Assembly (NCBI GenBank): GCA_913065025.1
Contig: CAJYAP010000001.1
Coordinates: forward strand, 49,545-113,544
DNA from: an uncultured Gammaproteobacteria bacterium
Lineage (GTDB): Bacteria; Pseudomonadota; Gammaproteobacteria; Poriferisulfidales; GCA-002705445
DNA length: 64,000 bases
Reading direction: 5' to 3'
A model generated the notes under the pieces. It searched no databases and was not told the DNA's origin. It saw nothing but the letters and a program-made list of their open reading frames with translations. Positions 8,886 to 18,543 of the stretch are shown piece by piece (position 1 is the stretch's first letter; the number at the start of each line of letters is the position of its first letter). Position numbers and translations under genes: made by a program.

Positions 8886-9391
8886 TCTTTAAGTCTAGGC
8901 ATTAATTCTACTAAATTACATGGCTTATGTTCTGAATCAAGCTGATATTGAATAATATCTAACCACGCATCCTTGCAAGCACCAGGAGATCCAGGTAAGC
9001 AAAATATATATGTTGAGTTTGCTACTCCAGCAATAGCCCTTGACTGTATTGTCGAAGTTTTAATTTTTTTATATGAAAGACTTCTAAATATTTCACCAAA
9101 ACCATCAATTCGTTTATCTAGAAGAACTTCTACAGCTTCAGGAGTACCGTCAGTACCAGTTACGCCAGTACCTCCTGTTGTAATTACAACGTTAATTTTT
9201 TCTGTATCAATCCAAGATGAAACAATGCTCCTAATTGAGTAGATATTATCTTTAACAATTGCATGTTCAATTGCAGTATGCTCAGCTTCCTCTACTAGTT
9301 CGCAAAGGAGATTACCAGATTTATCTGTTTCTTTCGTTCTAGAGTCAGATATTGTTAAAATAGCTATATTTAGTTTAATTTTTTCATTCAT
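8882..9391 (-). CDS. moaB: Molybdenum cofactor biosynthesis protein B (MogA/MoaB family)
   Basis: 169 aa. GGTG-xT-xDxTPEA motif (ITTGGTGVTGTDGTPEAV) typical of MoaB/MogA. Convergent with moaA, with a 4-nt overlap. Confidence 0.8.
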   Translation of the reverse strand: MNEKIKLNIAILTISDSRTKETDKSGNLLCELVEEAEHTAIEHAIVKDNIYSIRSIVSSWIDTEKINVVITTGGTGVTGTDGTPEAVEVLLDKRIDGFGEIFRSLSYKKIKTSTIQSRAIAGVANSTYIFCLPGSPGACKDAWLDIIQYQLDSEHKPCNLVELMPRLKD

Positions 9392-9450
9392 TAAGTGATA
9401 ATATTATTTATTAATGAAATATACAATAAACAATACTATCTATATAAAAT

Positions 9451-9888
9451 ATGAATTTAGTAGCATTATTATCAAAAAATATTAACCCATATGAGTTGAT
9501 AAGAAGTTATGAATCTAAGAACTGTGATTTAAGTTTATCAGGCGCTCAGAGCTTATTTATTGGGTATATGAGGAAAACTAATGATAAAAGAGATGATATA
9601 TCATCAATGACTTTAGAATTTTATCCTGAAATGACCCAAGGCTATCTTGATAATTTAGCTAAAATAGTAAAAGAAAAGAATAATTTGGATAACGTTTTGA
9701 TAGTTCATAGAATTGGTAATGTTAAGATTGGTGATTGTCTTGTGATAGTTGCATGTTGGTCAAAACATAGAAAAGAATGTATTGACGGTGTTAAATATAT
9801 ATTAGAAGATTTAAAACATAATGCTCCATTCTGGAAGAAGGAATATTATTCTGATGAAAGTTCAAAATGGGTTGAAAAAAATACTTAA
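9451..9888 (+). CDS. moaE: Molybdopterin synthase catalytic subunit MoaE
   Basis: 145 aa. Conserved MoaE segments (GAQSLFIGYMR, LIVHRIGNVKIGDCLVIVACWSKHRKE, APFWKKE). Confidence 0.85.
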   Translation: MNLVALLSKNINPYELIRSYESKNCDLSLSGAQSLFIGYMRKTNDKRDDISSMTLEFYPEMTQGYLDNLAKIVKEKNNLDNVLIVHRIGNVKIGDCLVIVACWSKHRKECIDGVKYILEDLKHNAPFWKKEYYSDESSKWVEKNT

Positions 9889-11135
9889 ATATAGTTTTTA
9901 AATTTTATGATCTTTACCACATCATTTTTATTGGACTTTCCCTTTTCCACAGGTAGATAAATTAAGCAATTGGCGTTATTCATTGAGCTGAGTATTCCAG
10001 ATCCTTGCTCACCAACAGTTTTGACAAAATACTTATTATTTTTCATTGTGTATATTCCTCTCTGTAGTTCAGCTCTTCCTTGTCTTTTCTTGAGATTTGA
10101 TAAAAGTATTGCTTCATCTGTAACAAGCTCGTAACTCTTTCCAGCTAGTAAATATATAGTGGGTAGGACAAATAAGAGGAATGTAATCATAACTGAAACA
10201 GGGTTTCCAGGAAGTCCAAAAAAAATAGTATCTTTTATTTTTCCAAAAGCTAAAGGCCTTCCTGGTTTCACAGCAACTTTCCAAAAATTTATATTACCTA
10301 GAGATTTAACAACATCTTTTATATAGTCTGCATCACCGACAGAAACACCTCCGGTAGATATTACAATATCTGATTTTTTTACAGCTATCTTAAATTTATC
10401 TTTTATATCTCTTATATTGTCTTTTGCATGACCCAAATCAATAACATCTATATTATGTTTTGCAAGCATTCCAGTTAATGTGAATCTATTGCTATCATGA
10501 ACTTTTCCGTATGGAAGTTTTTTATCTACAGGAACAACTTCATCCCCAGATGTAAAGAAGGAAACTTTTATTTTTTTAAAAACTTTTACTTTACTAATAC
10601 CTTGAGATGCTAGAAGACCCATCGATGACGAATTAATAATATGAAATTTTTTAATCAAAACTTTGTTAGGTTTAATATCTTCGCCTGCAAATCTAATATT
10701 TTGATATATTTTTACATTTTTAGAATTTATAATTATATTATCATTATTTAATTTACTAATTTCTTCCTTCATTATTACAATATTGCAGTCTTTAGGTAGA
10801 ACAGCACCAGTCATAATTTTCACACATTCATTTTTCTTGATTTTTCCCTTAAAAGGGGAGCCAGCTAAAGATATTCCAATAATTTTTAGATTTTTATTAT
10901 TTGCTAAGCTTTGGATATTCAATGCATAACCATCCATTGCAGAATTATCATAATTAGGTACTTTTAATTTAGATTTTATATTTTCAAACACAGTTCTGTC
11001 ATGAGAATCAATTAAATTAACATATTCGTAAGTGCTAATTTTTTTAGTTAATTTTTTAATTTTTGCAAGAGCATCCTCAATTAATATTGAATTTGGATCA
11101 TAGTCATCCATGCAGCTATATATTTTTTTCTTCAT
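9885..11135 (-). CDS. moeA: Molybdopterin molybdenumtransferase MoeA
   Basis: MoeA N-terminal and MoCF-biosynthesis domains (SAMDGYAL, ISTGGVSVGDADY, GLPGNPVS). Start set at ATG 11135 (MKKKIYSCMDDYD), which abuts the upstream Smr gene; the 11183 start would overlap it. Confidence 0.85.
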   Translation of the reverse strand: MKKKIYSCMDDYDPNSILIEDALAKIKKLTKKISTYEYVNLIDSHDRTVFENIKSKLKVPNYDNSAMDGYALNIQSLANNKNLKIIGISLAGSPFKGKIKKNECVKIMTGAVLPKDCNIVIMKEEISKLNNDNIIINSKNVKIYQNIRFAGEDIKPNKVLIKKFHIINSSSMGLLASQGISKVKVFKKIKVSFFTSGDEVVPVDKKLPYGKVHDSNRFTLTGMLAKHNIDVIDLGHAKDNIRDIKDKFKIAVKKSDIVISTGGVSVGDADYIKDVVKSLGNINFWKVAVKPGRPLAFGKIKDTIFFGLPGNPVSVMITFLLFVLPTIYLLAGKSYELVTDEAILLSNLKKRQGRAELQRGIYTMKNNKYFVKTVGEQGSGILSSMNNANCLIYLPVEKGKSNKNDVVKIIKFKNYI

Positions 11136-11136
11136 G

Positions 11137-11490
11137 TTAATTAATATTTTTAAGTTGGATATAAACAGCTCCTGTGCCACCATCTCTCTGCTGAGCTGAA
11201 TGATAAGCTAATATATTTGGATTGTATTGTAAATACTGATCTACAAAATTTTTGAGCTTTGGACCCTCAACTCCAGAGCCGTAACCTTTACCATGTATAA
11301 TAATGCCTACTAAATTCCCTTCCATCTGCAGTTTTGGCAGCCATATATCTAAAAAATTTTCTGCTTCAATTAGATTTTTCCCATGTAAGTCAATTTCAAA
11401 GGCTATTTCAAGCTCACCTTTTTTTAATCTTTGAAACCTTTTTCTTTGGAATCCTGGTTTGCAATTTCCAATTATATTATTTTCAACCAT
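11137..11490 (-). CDS. Smr-domain protein (small MutS-related domain)
   Basis: 117 aa. Smr signature LDLHG...HGKG (EIDLHGKNLIEAENFL ... IIHGKGYGSG) in the C-terminal half. Confidence 0.6.
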   Translation of the reverse strand: MVENNIIGNCKPGFQRKRFQRLKKGELEIAFEIDLHGKNLIEAENFLDIWLPKLQMEGNLVGIIIHGKGYGSGVEGPKLKNFVDQYLQYNPNILAYHSAQQRDGGTGAVYIQLKNIN

Positions 11491-11531
11491 AACGCTTCAT
11501 CTAAGTAATAATTTAAGTATAATCATCACAT

Positions 11532-12257
11532 ATGAAAATATTATTGTCCAATGATGATGGTTACCACGCTAGTGGAATTCAGGTTCTAATTAAACAATTA
11601 GAAAAAAATCATGATATTTATGTAGCTGCACCTTCAATAAATCATAGTGCTGGTAGTAGTGCACTTTCTGTTCGTAAAGATATTGAGGTAGATAATATTA
11701 AAAAAAATCATTATATCATCGATGGCACACCTGCAGATTCTGTTCATATTGCCCTAACATGTTTGATTGAAGATAAAATCGACATGGTTGTCTCTGGAAT
11801 TAACCTAGGCGCGAATCTTGGTGATGATGTTATATACTCTGGAACAGTAGCTGCTGCTTTGGAGGGTAGACATTTGGAAATGTCGCCAATTGCATTTTCT
11901 TTGGTATCACAATCAAATATAAGTCTTGAGAAGGCTGCATTTGTAAGTTCAGAAATTATTGAGAAAATAATATCTAACGAAGATATATCAAGGAAAACTT
12001 TACTTAATGTTAACATTCCCGATTTTGATATTGATAACACGTTATTTGATTATACGAGACTAGGTAAAAGAGGCTTACCATTGCCCGCAGTTAAAGTAAA
12101 AGATAACTCTATTTACAAAATAGGTGCAGCAGGTTTGCCCGAAGATAATGGAATTGGTACAGATTTTTACTCGATTGATAACAATAAAATATCTATAACC
12201 CCAATTACTTTTGATTTAACTAATAAAAATATATTAAATATAATTTTAAATAAATGA
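11532..12257 (+). CDS. surE: 5'/3'-nucleotidase SurE
   Basis: MKILLSNDDGYHASGI N-terminal motif. surE-pcm-nlpD synteny. Confidence 0.9.
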   Translation: MKILLSNDDGYHASGIQVLIKQLEKNHDIYVAAPSINHSAGSSALSVRKDIEVDNIKKNHYIIDGTPADSVHIALTCLIEDKIDMVVSGINLGANLGDDVIYSGTVAAALEGRHLEMSPIAFSLVSQSNISLEKAAFVSSEIIEKIISNEDISRKTLLNVNIPDFDIDNTLFDYTRLGKRGLPLPAVKVKDNSIYKIGAAGLPEDNGIGTDFYSIDNNKISITPITFDLTNKNILNIILNK

Positions 12258-12922
12258 GCGTAGATTTTAAAAAGTTTTCAGGAGTAGGCATGACATCTGA
12301 CTCCTCTAGAGAAAAACTTATTTTATTTCTAGAAAAACAGGGTATAACAAATAAAAAAGTTTTGCACTCTATGCGTGTTATTCCAAGACATATTTTTGTA
12401 GATGAAGCTATTTCAAGTAAAGCGTATGATAATACTGCTTTGCCAATTGGAAAGTCACAAACAATATCGCATCCTTTGATAGTTGCTAAAATGACAGAAA
12501 TTATTATGTGTCATAATCCTAAAAGGGTATTAGAAATTGGCACTGGCTCGGGATATCAAGCATCAGTATTATCACTGCTAGCTGATAAAGTTTATACCAT
12601 TGAAAGAATAGAGTATCTTCATAATATTTCAAAGAATCTCTTTAGGAAAATTGGTTTTAAAAATATATACCCTAAATACTCAGATGGTAATACAGGCTGG
12701 CCTCAAAAAGCACCTTTTGATGCGATAATAGTTACAGCTGGAGCAGCAAATATTCCCGATGCATTAATTGATCAGTTGTCAGATAATGGAGGAATACTAG
12801 TATCTCCAGTAGAGAATAATGGAAAACAGTATTTGAAGTCTTTAATTAAAACAGAAGGTAATTATAAAGAAAAAATTCATGGTATTGTTAATTTTGTTCC
12901 TCTACTTAACGGGATTTCATAA
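12254..12922 (+). CDS. pcm: Protein-L-isoaspartate O-methyltransferase
   Basis: SAM-binding motif VLEIGTGSGYQASVLS and PCMT C-terminal region. Start overlaps the surE stop. Confidence 0.9.
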   Translation: MSVDFKKFSGVGMTSDSSREKLILFLEKQGITNKKVLHSMRVIPRHIFVDEAISSKAYDNTALPIGKSQTISHPLIVAKMTEIIMCHNPKRVLEIGTGSGYQASVLSLLADKVYTIERIEYLHNISKNLFRKIGFKNIYPKYSDGNTGWPQKAPFDAIIVTAGAANIPDALIDQLSDNGGILVSPVENNGKQYLKSLIKTEGNYKEKIHGIVNFVPLLNGIS

Positions 12923-13497
12923 TGAAATTTTTTACAAATATATATGATTATGTAATAGGTTTGGCTTATAAAGAAAAAGTTACCAGATATCTTTATGGTT
13001 TAAGCTTTATTGAATCATTTATATTCCCTATACCTCCTGATATTTTATTAGCACCAATAGCTCTTACAAAAAAATATAATTGGATTAAAATTGCCTTTAA
13101 TACAACTTTATTTTCTGTATTAGGAGGATTAGTTGGTTACATAATAGGGCTATATTTGTACGAATCATCAATATTAAATAAAATCGTAGAAGAAAATATT
13201 TTTATTGAGGTTAAAAATCTTTTTCTTGAGCATGGATTTTTGATTATGATAATAGCTGGTTTTACTCCACTTCCATTTAAGGCATTCACAATCACAGCAG
13301 GATATATGTCAATAGCACTAATTCCATTTGTTATATCTTCTTTTATTGGAAGAGGATTAAGATTTTTTATTGTAGCAGCCATATTCCACTATTTTGGTCT
13401 TATTATGGCAAATCGAATTAAAAAATATTTTGAGTACATAGGCCTGATAATTACTTTTATTTTAATATATTTTGTATATCTTAAATACTATGATTAA
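12922..13497 (+). CDS. YqaA/DedA-like (VTT domain) inner-membrane protein
   Basis: 191 aa, 4-5 TM helices, with an FIESFIFPIPPD motif characteristic of the SNARE-associated/VTT domain. Inserted between pcm and nlpD. Confidence 0.55.
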   Translation: MKFFTNIYDYVIGLAYKEKVTRYLYGLSFIESFIFPIPPDILLAPIALTKKYNWIKIAFNTTLFSVLGGLVGYIIGLYLYESSILNKIVEENIFIEVKNLFLEHGFLIMIIAGFTPLPFKAFTITAGYMSIALIPFVISSFIGRGLRFFIVAAIFHYFGLIMANRIKKYFEYIGLIITFILIYFVYLKYYD

Positions 13498-13500
13498 ATT

Positions 13501-14232
13501 ATGAAAAAAAATTTATATTTAATTATATGTTTTTGTACCTTAATATTAGTTTCAGGGTGCACAAAAATACATAAACACTCAGCAAAAGATCCTTATCCTG
13601 AAAAAAAACCAAGAAAAGAAAGAGTTTATTTTACTTATGGTATGAAATCTAAAAAAGCCTCAGCTTCTGGAGATACTTATATTGTTAAAAAAGGAGATAC
13701 TTTGTATTCTATTTCTTTATTGTATGATGTTAATTATATAAAAATTGCAAAATGGAATAATATTAAGAGCCCATATAGAGTATCTATTGGAGACCAGATT
13801 ATTATTAAGTCTAATAAGTACAGAAAAAAAATTACAAAAAGTAAGAAAAAAATAAAATTTGCTAGTAATATAAAATGGGTAAGACCTCACAATGGAAGAG
13901 TTTCTAAAGAATTTTCATACAGCGATGTAGGAAAGAAAGGTATTGATATATCAGGAAATATTGGGGATAAAATTTATTCATCCTCTGGTGGAATAGTTGT
14001 TTATGCAGGAAATGGAATTAAAGGTTATGGAAATTTAGTTATTATTAAACATAACGATACTTTTTTAACAGCATATGCACATACTAATAAAATTCTCGTG
14101 GAAGAAGATAGTGTGGTTGAAAAGGGTGAAGTAATAGCTGAGTTAGGTGATACAGACTCTATTAAGCCGCTCTTACACTTTCAAATAAGAAAAAATGGAA
14201 AATCTGTTGATCCTGAAAAATATTTGCCGTAA
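13501..14232 (+). CDS. nlpD: NlpD-like lipoprotein: LysM domain plus M23 peptidase domain
   Basis: Lipobox LVSGC. LysM (YIVKKGDTLYSISLLYDVNYIKIAKWNNI). M23/LytM region (GIDISGNIGDKIYSSSGGIVVYAG...GNLVIIKH...TAYAHTNK). Confidence 0.8.
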   Translation: MKKNLYLIICFCTLILVSGCTKIHKHSAKDPYPEKKPRKERVYFTYGMKSKKASASGDTYIVKKGDTLYSISLLYDVNYIKIAKWNNIKSPYRVSIGDQIIIKSNKYRKKITKSKKKIKFASNIKWVRPHNGRVSKEFSYSDVGKKGIDISGNIGDKIYSSSGGIVVYAGNGIKGYGNLVIIKHNDTFLTAYAHTNKILVEEDSVVEKGEVIAELGDTDSIKPLLHFQIRKNGKSVDPEKYLP

Positions 14233-14604
14233 TTAATTAAAAATAAAAAAACTTAAAAAATCTCTTTTCTCTGATAATAAAATATTATGACTACTACAGG
14301 CAGAACTTATATTCATTACTTCTACACCAACATTCATTTGGTTTAATTTTAAAATAATTGGTGTTTTATCAATGCAACCTGTATTATTTAGAGCTATAAT
14401 CACTAAGTCTGCATTATTAGATATATTTTTAATGATTAATTCTTTTGTGATATTACTAGTATTTAAATTACATTTAATAATAGAATTTTCAGGAGGAACT
14501 ATTACATTATAGTTATATTCTTTATCTAACACAGTTATAGATGATTTTGTGTAAGATTTAATAATGTTAGAATTTTTTTCTAAAATTTGTTCATTAAATT
14601 CCAT
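14233..14604 (-). CDS. Hypothetical protein (orphan, no recognisable domain)
   Basis: 123-aa ORF filling the gap between nlpD and the aminotransferase. N/K/I-rich with no motif. Could be a genuine small protein or AT-rich noise. Confidence 0.3.
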   Translation of the reverse strand: MEFNEQILEKNSNIIKSYTKSSITVLDKEYNYNVIVPPENSIIKCNLNTSNITKELIIKNISNNADLVIIALNNTGCIDKTPIILKLNQMNVGVEVMNISSACSSHNILLSEKRDFLSFFIFN

Positions 14605-14647
14605 TTAAATAATATAGCACAAATTAATTTCAATTAGTTACTTAAAA

Positions 14648-15820
14648 ATGCCAGAAGAATTTTACAGAATAAATAGACTTCCACCATATATTTTCAACAT
14701 TGTTAATGAGCTTAAGATCTTGGCTAGAAAAAATGGTCATGATATTATAGATTTTGGTATGGGAAATCCTGATCAAAAAACTCCTGATCATATAATAAAA
14801 AAAATGCAAGAATGTTCTGATAAGGATAGTGTGCACAGATATTCTAGCTCTAAGGGTATACCAAGATTGAGAAGGGCGATATCAAACTGGTATGAAGAAA
14901 AATTTAATGTATCTATTGATCCTGAAGAGGAAGCTATAGTAACTATTGGATCAAAAGAAGGTCTTGCACATTTAGCATTAGCAACATTAAATCAAGGTGA
15001 TTCTGTAATTGTTCCTAGTCCTGCATATCCAATACATCCCTACGGTGCTGTTATTGCAGGAGCTGAAATAATATATATTAATGTTCATGATGACGATGAT
15101 TTATTTTTTAGCTCACTTGATACAGCAATTAACAATTCATGGCCTACACCAAAAATGATTATTGCCAATTTCCCGTCAAATCCTACAACAAGATGTGTTG
15201 ATATAAATTTCTTAACAGAGTTAGTGAGAATTGCAAAAAAATATAATATATATTTAGTTCATGATATTGCTTATGCTGACATAGTGTTTGATGATTATAA
15301 GGCTCCATCAATACTTCAGGTAGATGGCGCAAAAGATACTGCTGTTGAATTTTATACATTATCAAAATCATATAATATGCCAGGATGGAGAATAGGATTT
15401 ATGTGCGGTAATAAAAAGTTAGTTAATGCTCTATCAAGAATAAAATCATACTTAGACTATGGAACATACACTCCACTACAAGTTGGAGCAATTGCTGCAT
15501 TAGAGGGCTCCCAAGACTGTGTAGAGGACATTAGATTGATGTACAAAAGTAGAAGAGATTCATTGTGTAAAGGTCTTAACGATATTGGGTGGGCAGTTAC
15601 ACCTCCAAAGGCTACAATGTTTGTATGGAGTGAAATACCAGATAAATACAAATCTCTAGGCTCACTAGAATTTAGTAAGATGTTATTAAAAGAAGCCAAT
15701 GTAGCTGTATCACCAGGCATAGGTTTTGGAAAACACGGTGATGATTCCGTAAGGTTTAGCTTGATAGAAAACGAACAAAGAACTAAGCAAGCTGTAAGAA
15801 GTCTAAAAAGTATTATATAA
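14648..15820 (+). CDS. PLP-dependent aminotransferase, class I (AlaC/YfdZ-like)
   Basis: 390 aa. Fold-type-I aminotransferase with the PLP lysine in SKSYNMPGWRIGF. Lies directly upstream of hom, an arrangement seen in beta-proteobacteria and pseudomonads. Confidence 0.8.
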   Translation: MPEEFYRINRLPPYIFNIVNELKILARKNGHDIIDFGMGNPDQKTPDHIIKKMQECSDKDSVHRYSSSKGIPRLRRAISNWYEEKFNVSIDPEEEAIVTIGSKEGLAHLALATLNQGDSVIVPSPAYPIHPYGAVIAGAEIIYINVHDDDDLFFSSLDTAINNSWPTPKMIIANFPSNPTTRCVDINFLTELVRIAKKYNIYLVHDIAYADIVFDDYKAPSILQVDGAKDTAVEFYTLSKSYNMPGWRIGFMCGNKKLVNALSRIKSYLDYGTYTPLQVGAIAALEGSQDCVEDIRLMYKSRRDSLCKGLNDIGWAVTPPKATMFVWSEIPDKYKSLGSLEFSKMLLKEANVAVSPGIGFGKHGDDSVRFSLIENEQRTKQAVRSLKSII

Positions 15821-15829
15821 TACAATTCT

Positions 15830-17152
15830 ATGAATAATAAAAACAAAATAAATATTGGTGTAGCTGGCCTTGGTACTGTTGGATGCGGAGTAATAAATCT
15901 TTTAAAAAAAAATAAAGTAGAAATCTTCAAAAGAACAGGTTTTGAAATTTCCATAGTAAGTGTTTCGGCAAGTAACAAAGATAAAAAAAGAGACTGCGAT
16001 ATAAAAGGTTTAAATTTTTACACAGACCCATTAGAAATGGTACGTAAGGAAAATATAGATATTCTTGTAGAATTAATAGGTGGTGAAAGTGTTGCTAAAG
16101 AGTTAGTTATAGAGGCTCTAGAAAAAAAAATACATATTGTAACTGCAAATAAAGCTCTCATTGCACTTCATGGTAATGATATTTCAGAAATTTCAAATAA
16201 GCAAGGATGTGACGTTGCATTCGAAGCATCAGTTGCTGGAGCAGTTCCAATAATTAAAGTTATAAGAGAATCGTTGAATGCTAATGAAATTGAATGGGTT
16301 GCAGGTATAATTAATGGAACAACAAATTATATTTTAACAGAAATGTTAAAATCTAAAAAAAACTTTAATATCGTTTTAAAAGAAGCTCAAGATTTAGGTT
16401 ATGCTGAAGCAGACCCATCTTTTGATGTTGGCGGCATTGATGCTGCACATAAATTAACTATATTATCCTCAATATGCTTTGGTATTCCACTTAATTTTAA
16501 ATCAATATATATAGAGGGTATTGAAGATATAGAGCTTGATGATCTAAATTATGCTAAAGAACTTGGTTACGCTATTAAGCACTTAGCAATAGGTAGAAAA
16601 AATAAAGACGGTATTGAGTTAAGAGTTCATTCGTGCCTAATACCTAAAACAAGATTAATTGCAAATGTTGATGGTGTAAAAAATGCTGTAGTAGTGTCTT
16701 CTGATTCGGCTGGGCCAACATTATACTATGGAGCAGGAGCTGGTAGCTTAGCAACAGCGTCATCTGTTGTTTCAGACATAATAGACATATCCAGAAAAAT
16801 TTTATCAAACTCAAATAATATTATTCCTCTTTTAAGTTACCAGAGAGATCAACTTCAAAATAAAAATATATTAAATATTAATGAAATTGAATCTCGATAT
16901 TACTTAAGAATTAGGGTGACAAATAAACCTGGTGTACTTGCAGATATAACTAAGATTTTTGGTAGCAAGTCTATTAGTATAGAATCAATTCTTCAAAAAG
17001 AAGATTTAGTAAATGATGAAAATGTACCAATAGTGCTTGTTACACACGAAGTTATAGAAAAAAATATTATAGATGCTTTAAAAGATATAGAGAAATTAGA
17101 TGTTGTTAAAGGAAAAATTATTAAAATAAGAATAGAAGAGCTCGAATCTTAA
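15830..17152 (+). CDS. hom: Homoserine dehydrogenase with C-terminal ACT domain
   Basis: NAD-binding GVAGLGTVG, catalytic region (ANKALIA...EASVAGAVPII..., GIINGTTNY) and a C-terminal ACT domain. 440 aa. Confidence 0.9.
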   Translation: MNNKNKINIGVAGLGTVGCGVINLLKKNKVEIFKRTGFEISIVSVSASNKDKKRDCDIKGLNFYTDPLEMVRKENIDILVELIGGESVAKELVIEALEKKIHIVTANKALIALHGNDISEISNKQGCDVAFEASVAGAVPIIKVIRESLNANEIEWVAGIINGTTNYILTEMLKSKKNFNIVLKEAQDLGYAEADPSFDVGGIDAAHKLTILSSICFGIPLNFKSIYIEGIEDIELDDLNYAKELGYAIKHLAIGRKNKDGIELRVHSCLIPKTRLIANVDGVKNAVVVSSDSAGPTLYYGAGAGSLATASSVVSDIIDISRKILSNSNNIIPLLSYQRDQLQNKNILNINEIESRYYLRIRVTNKPGVLADITKIFGSKSISIESILQKEDLVNDENVPIVLVTHEVIEKNIIDALKDIEKLDVVKGKIIKIRIEELES

Positions 17153-17153
17153 T

Positions 17154-18539
17154 TTAGGAAATATTTTTTATTATATAATCTTTTACTAGCTCACTACTAT
17201 TTTTTAAATCTATATATTTTTCTTCTGAACTCAGCATACTTTCTAATTTTTTAGGTTGATATGGATATATGCCAATTGAATCTTTTATCGAATTTGGAAA
17301 CTTAGCCGGGTGAGCGCATGCTAGTGCAATATTAATATCATCATTATCTAAGTCACTTAATATATTTAAACTTGTAGCGGTATGAGGATCAGAAGTATAA
17401 TTAAATTTATTATAAAATTCCTTAATAGTCTTTGACGTTAGTTCGTCATTTATACCCTTAGATTTATAATACAATTTTAAATTATTATGTATTTTCCCTT
17501 TAAGATCATACTTTTTATTTATCATAAATGACTTCATTAGCTCAGATAATTTAGATGAATTATAATCAAGAGACTCAAATAGTTGTCTTTCAAAATTACT
17601 TGATATTTGAATGTCCATACTAGGACTAATTGTTCTTTTAACATCTTTAAGCGACATATCTCCATTGGCTATTGTTCTATGCATAATATCATTAGAGTTT
17701 GTTGCCACATATAACTTATTAATAGGTAAGCCCATGATTCCAGCAGTGTGTGCTGCGTAGACATTTCCAAAATTTCCAGTTGGGATAATAAAGTTTACCT
17801 TTTTATCAAACTGCGATGCTTGTAAATATGCCCAATAAAAATATACAGATTGTGAAGCTATTCTTGCCCAGTTTATAGAGTTAATAGCTGATAATGTTGT
17901 TATTTTTTTTAGACCATCAGATACAAATAAATTTTTTACAATATTTTGACAATCATCAAATGTTCCATCAATAGCAATGTTGAATACATTTTTTGAAGTT
18001 ACAGTAGTCATTTGTTTCCTTTGTATGTCAGAGGTTTTATTTTTTGGATGAAGAATAAATATATTTATATTATCTTTATCTTTGCATGCATCAATTGCTG
18101 CTGAGCCAGTATCTCCCGATGTTGCCCCAATTATCGTTATATTCTTATCCTTTTTCTTTAAATAGTATTGAAACAAATTTCCAAGCATTTGTAGGGGGTA
18201 ATCCTTGAAAGCATATGTTGGGCCATGGAAAAGCTCTAGAATATATTTATTACTCTCGAGATTTACTAATGGAGCTACTTTTTCATGAGTAAAAATTTTA
18301 TAGGTATCATAAGCTATTTTTTCAAGCTCTGATTTTGATATTGTGTCTCCAACATAATTTATAAGAATTTTTGTAGCTAACTCAGGGTAGGTAATATCCT
18401 TATTATTAACAATTTCATCAATATTAATTTTTGGCCAGGTTTTGGGCATATATAAACCACCGTCTGAGGCTAAACCTTCTATTATAATTTCATCAAATGT
18501 TTTATCTAATTTAGAATTTCTTGTACTGCAGTAATTCAT
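17154..18539 (-). CDS. thrC: Threonine synthase (long form)
   Basis: 461 aa. MNYCSTRN... N-terminus and PLP-lysine motif FHGPTYAFKD. Convergent with hom, with 1 nt between stops. Confidence 0.85.
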   Translation of the reverse strand: MNYCSTRNSKLDKTFDEIIIEGLASDGGLYMPKTWPKINIDEIVNNKDITYPELATKILINYVGDTISKSELEKIAYDTYKIFTHEKVAPLVNLESNKYILELFHGPTYAFKDYPLQMLGNLFQYYLKKKDKNITIIGATSGDTGSAAIDACKDKDNINIFILHPKNKTSDIQRKQMTTVTSKNVFNIAIDGTFDDCQNIVKNLFVSDGLKKITTLSAINSINWARIASQSVYFYWAYLQASQFDKKVNFIIPTGNFGNVYAAHTAGIMGLPINKLYVATNSNDIMHRTIANGDMSLKDVKRTISPSMDIQISSNFERQLFESLDYNSSKLSELMKSFMINKKYDLKGKIHNNLKLYYKSKGINDELTSKTIKEFYNKFNYTSDPHTATSLNILSDLDNDDINIALACAHPAKFPNSIKDSIGIYPYQPKKLESMLSSEEKYIDLKNSSELVKDYIIKNIS

Positions 18540-18543
18540 TTTT

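Noticed and set aside
11137-11183. Apparent 47-nt overlap between the Smr-domain gene and moeA
   Set aside because: Resolved by using the internal moeA start at 11135 (MKKKIYSCMDDYD), which aligns with MoeA N-termini and leaves the two genes abutting rather than overlapping.
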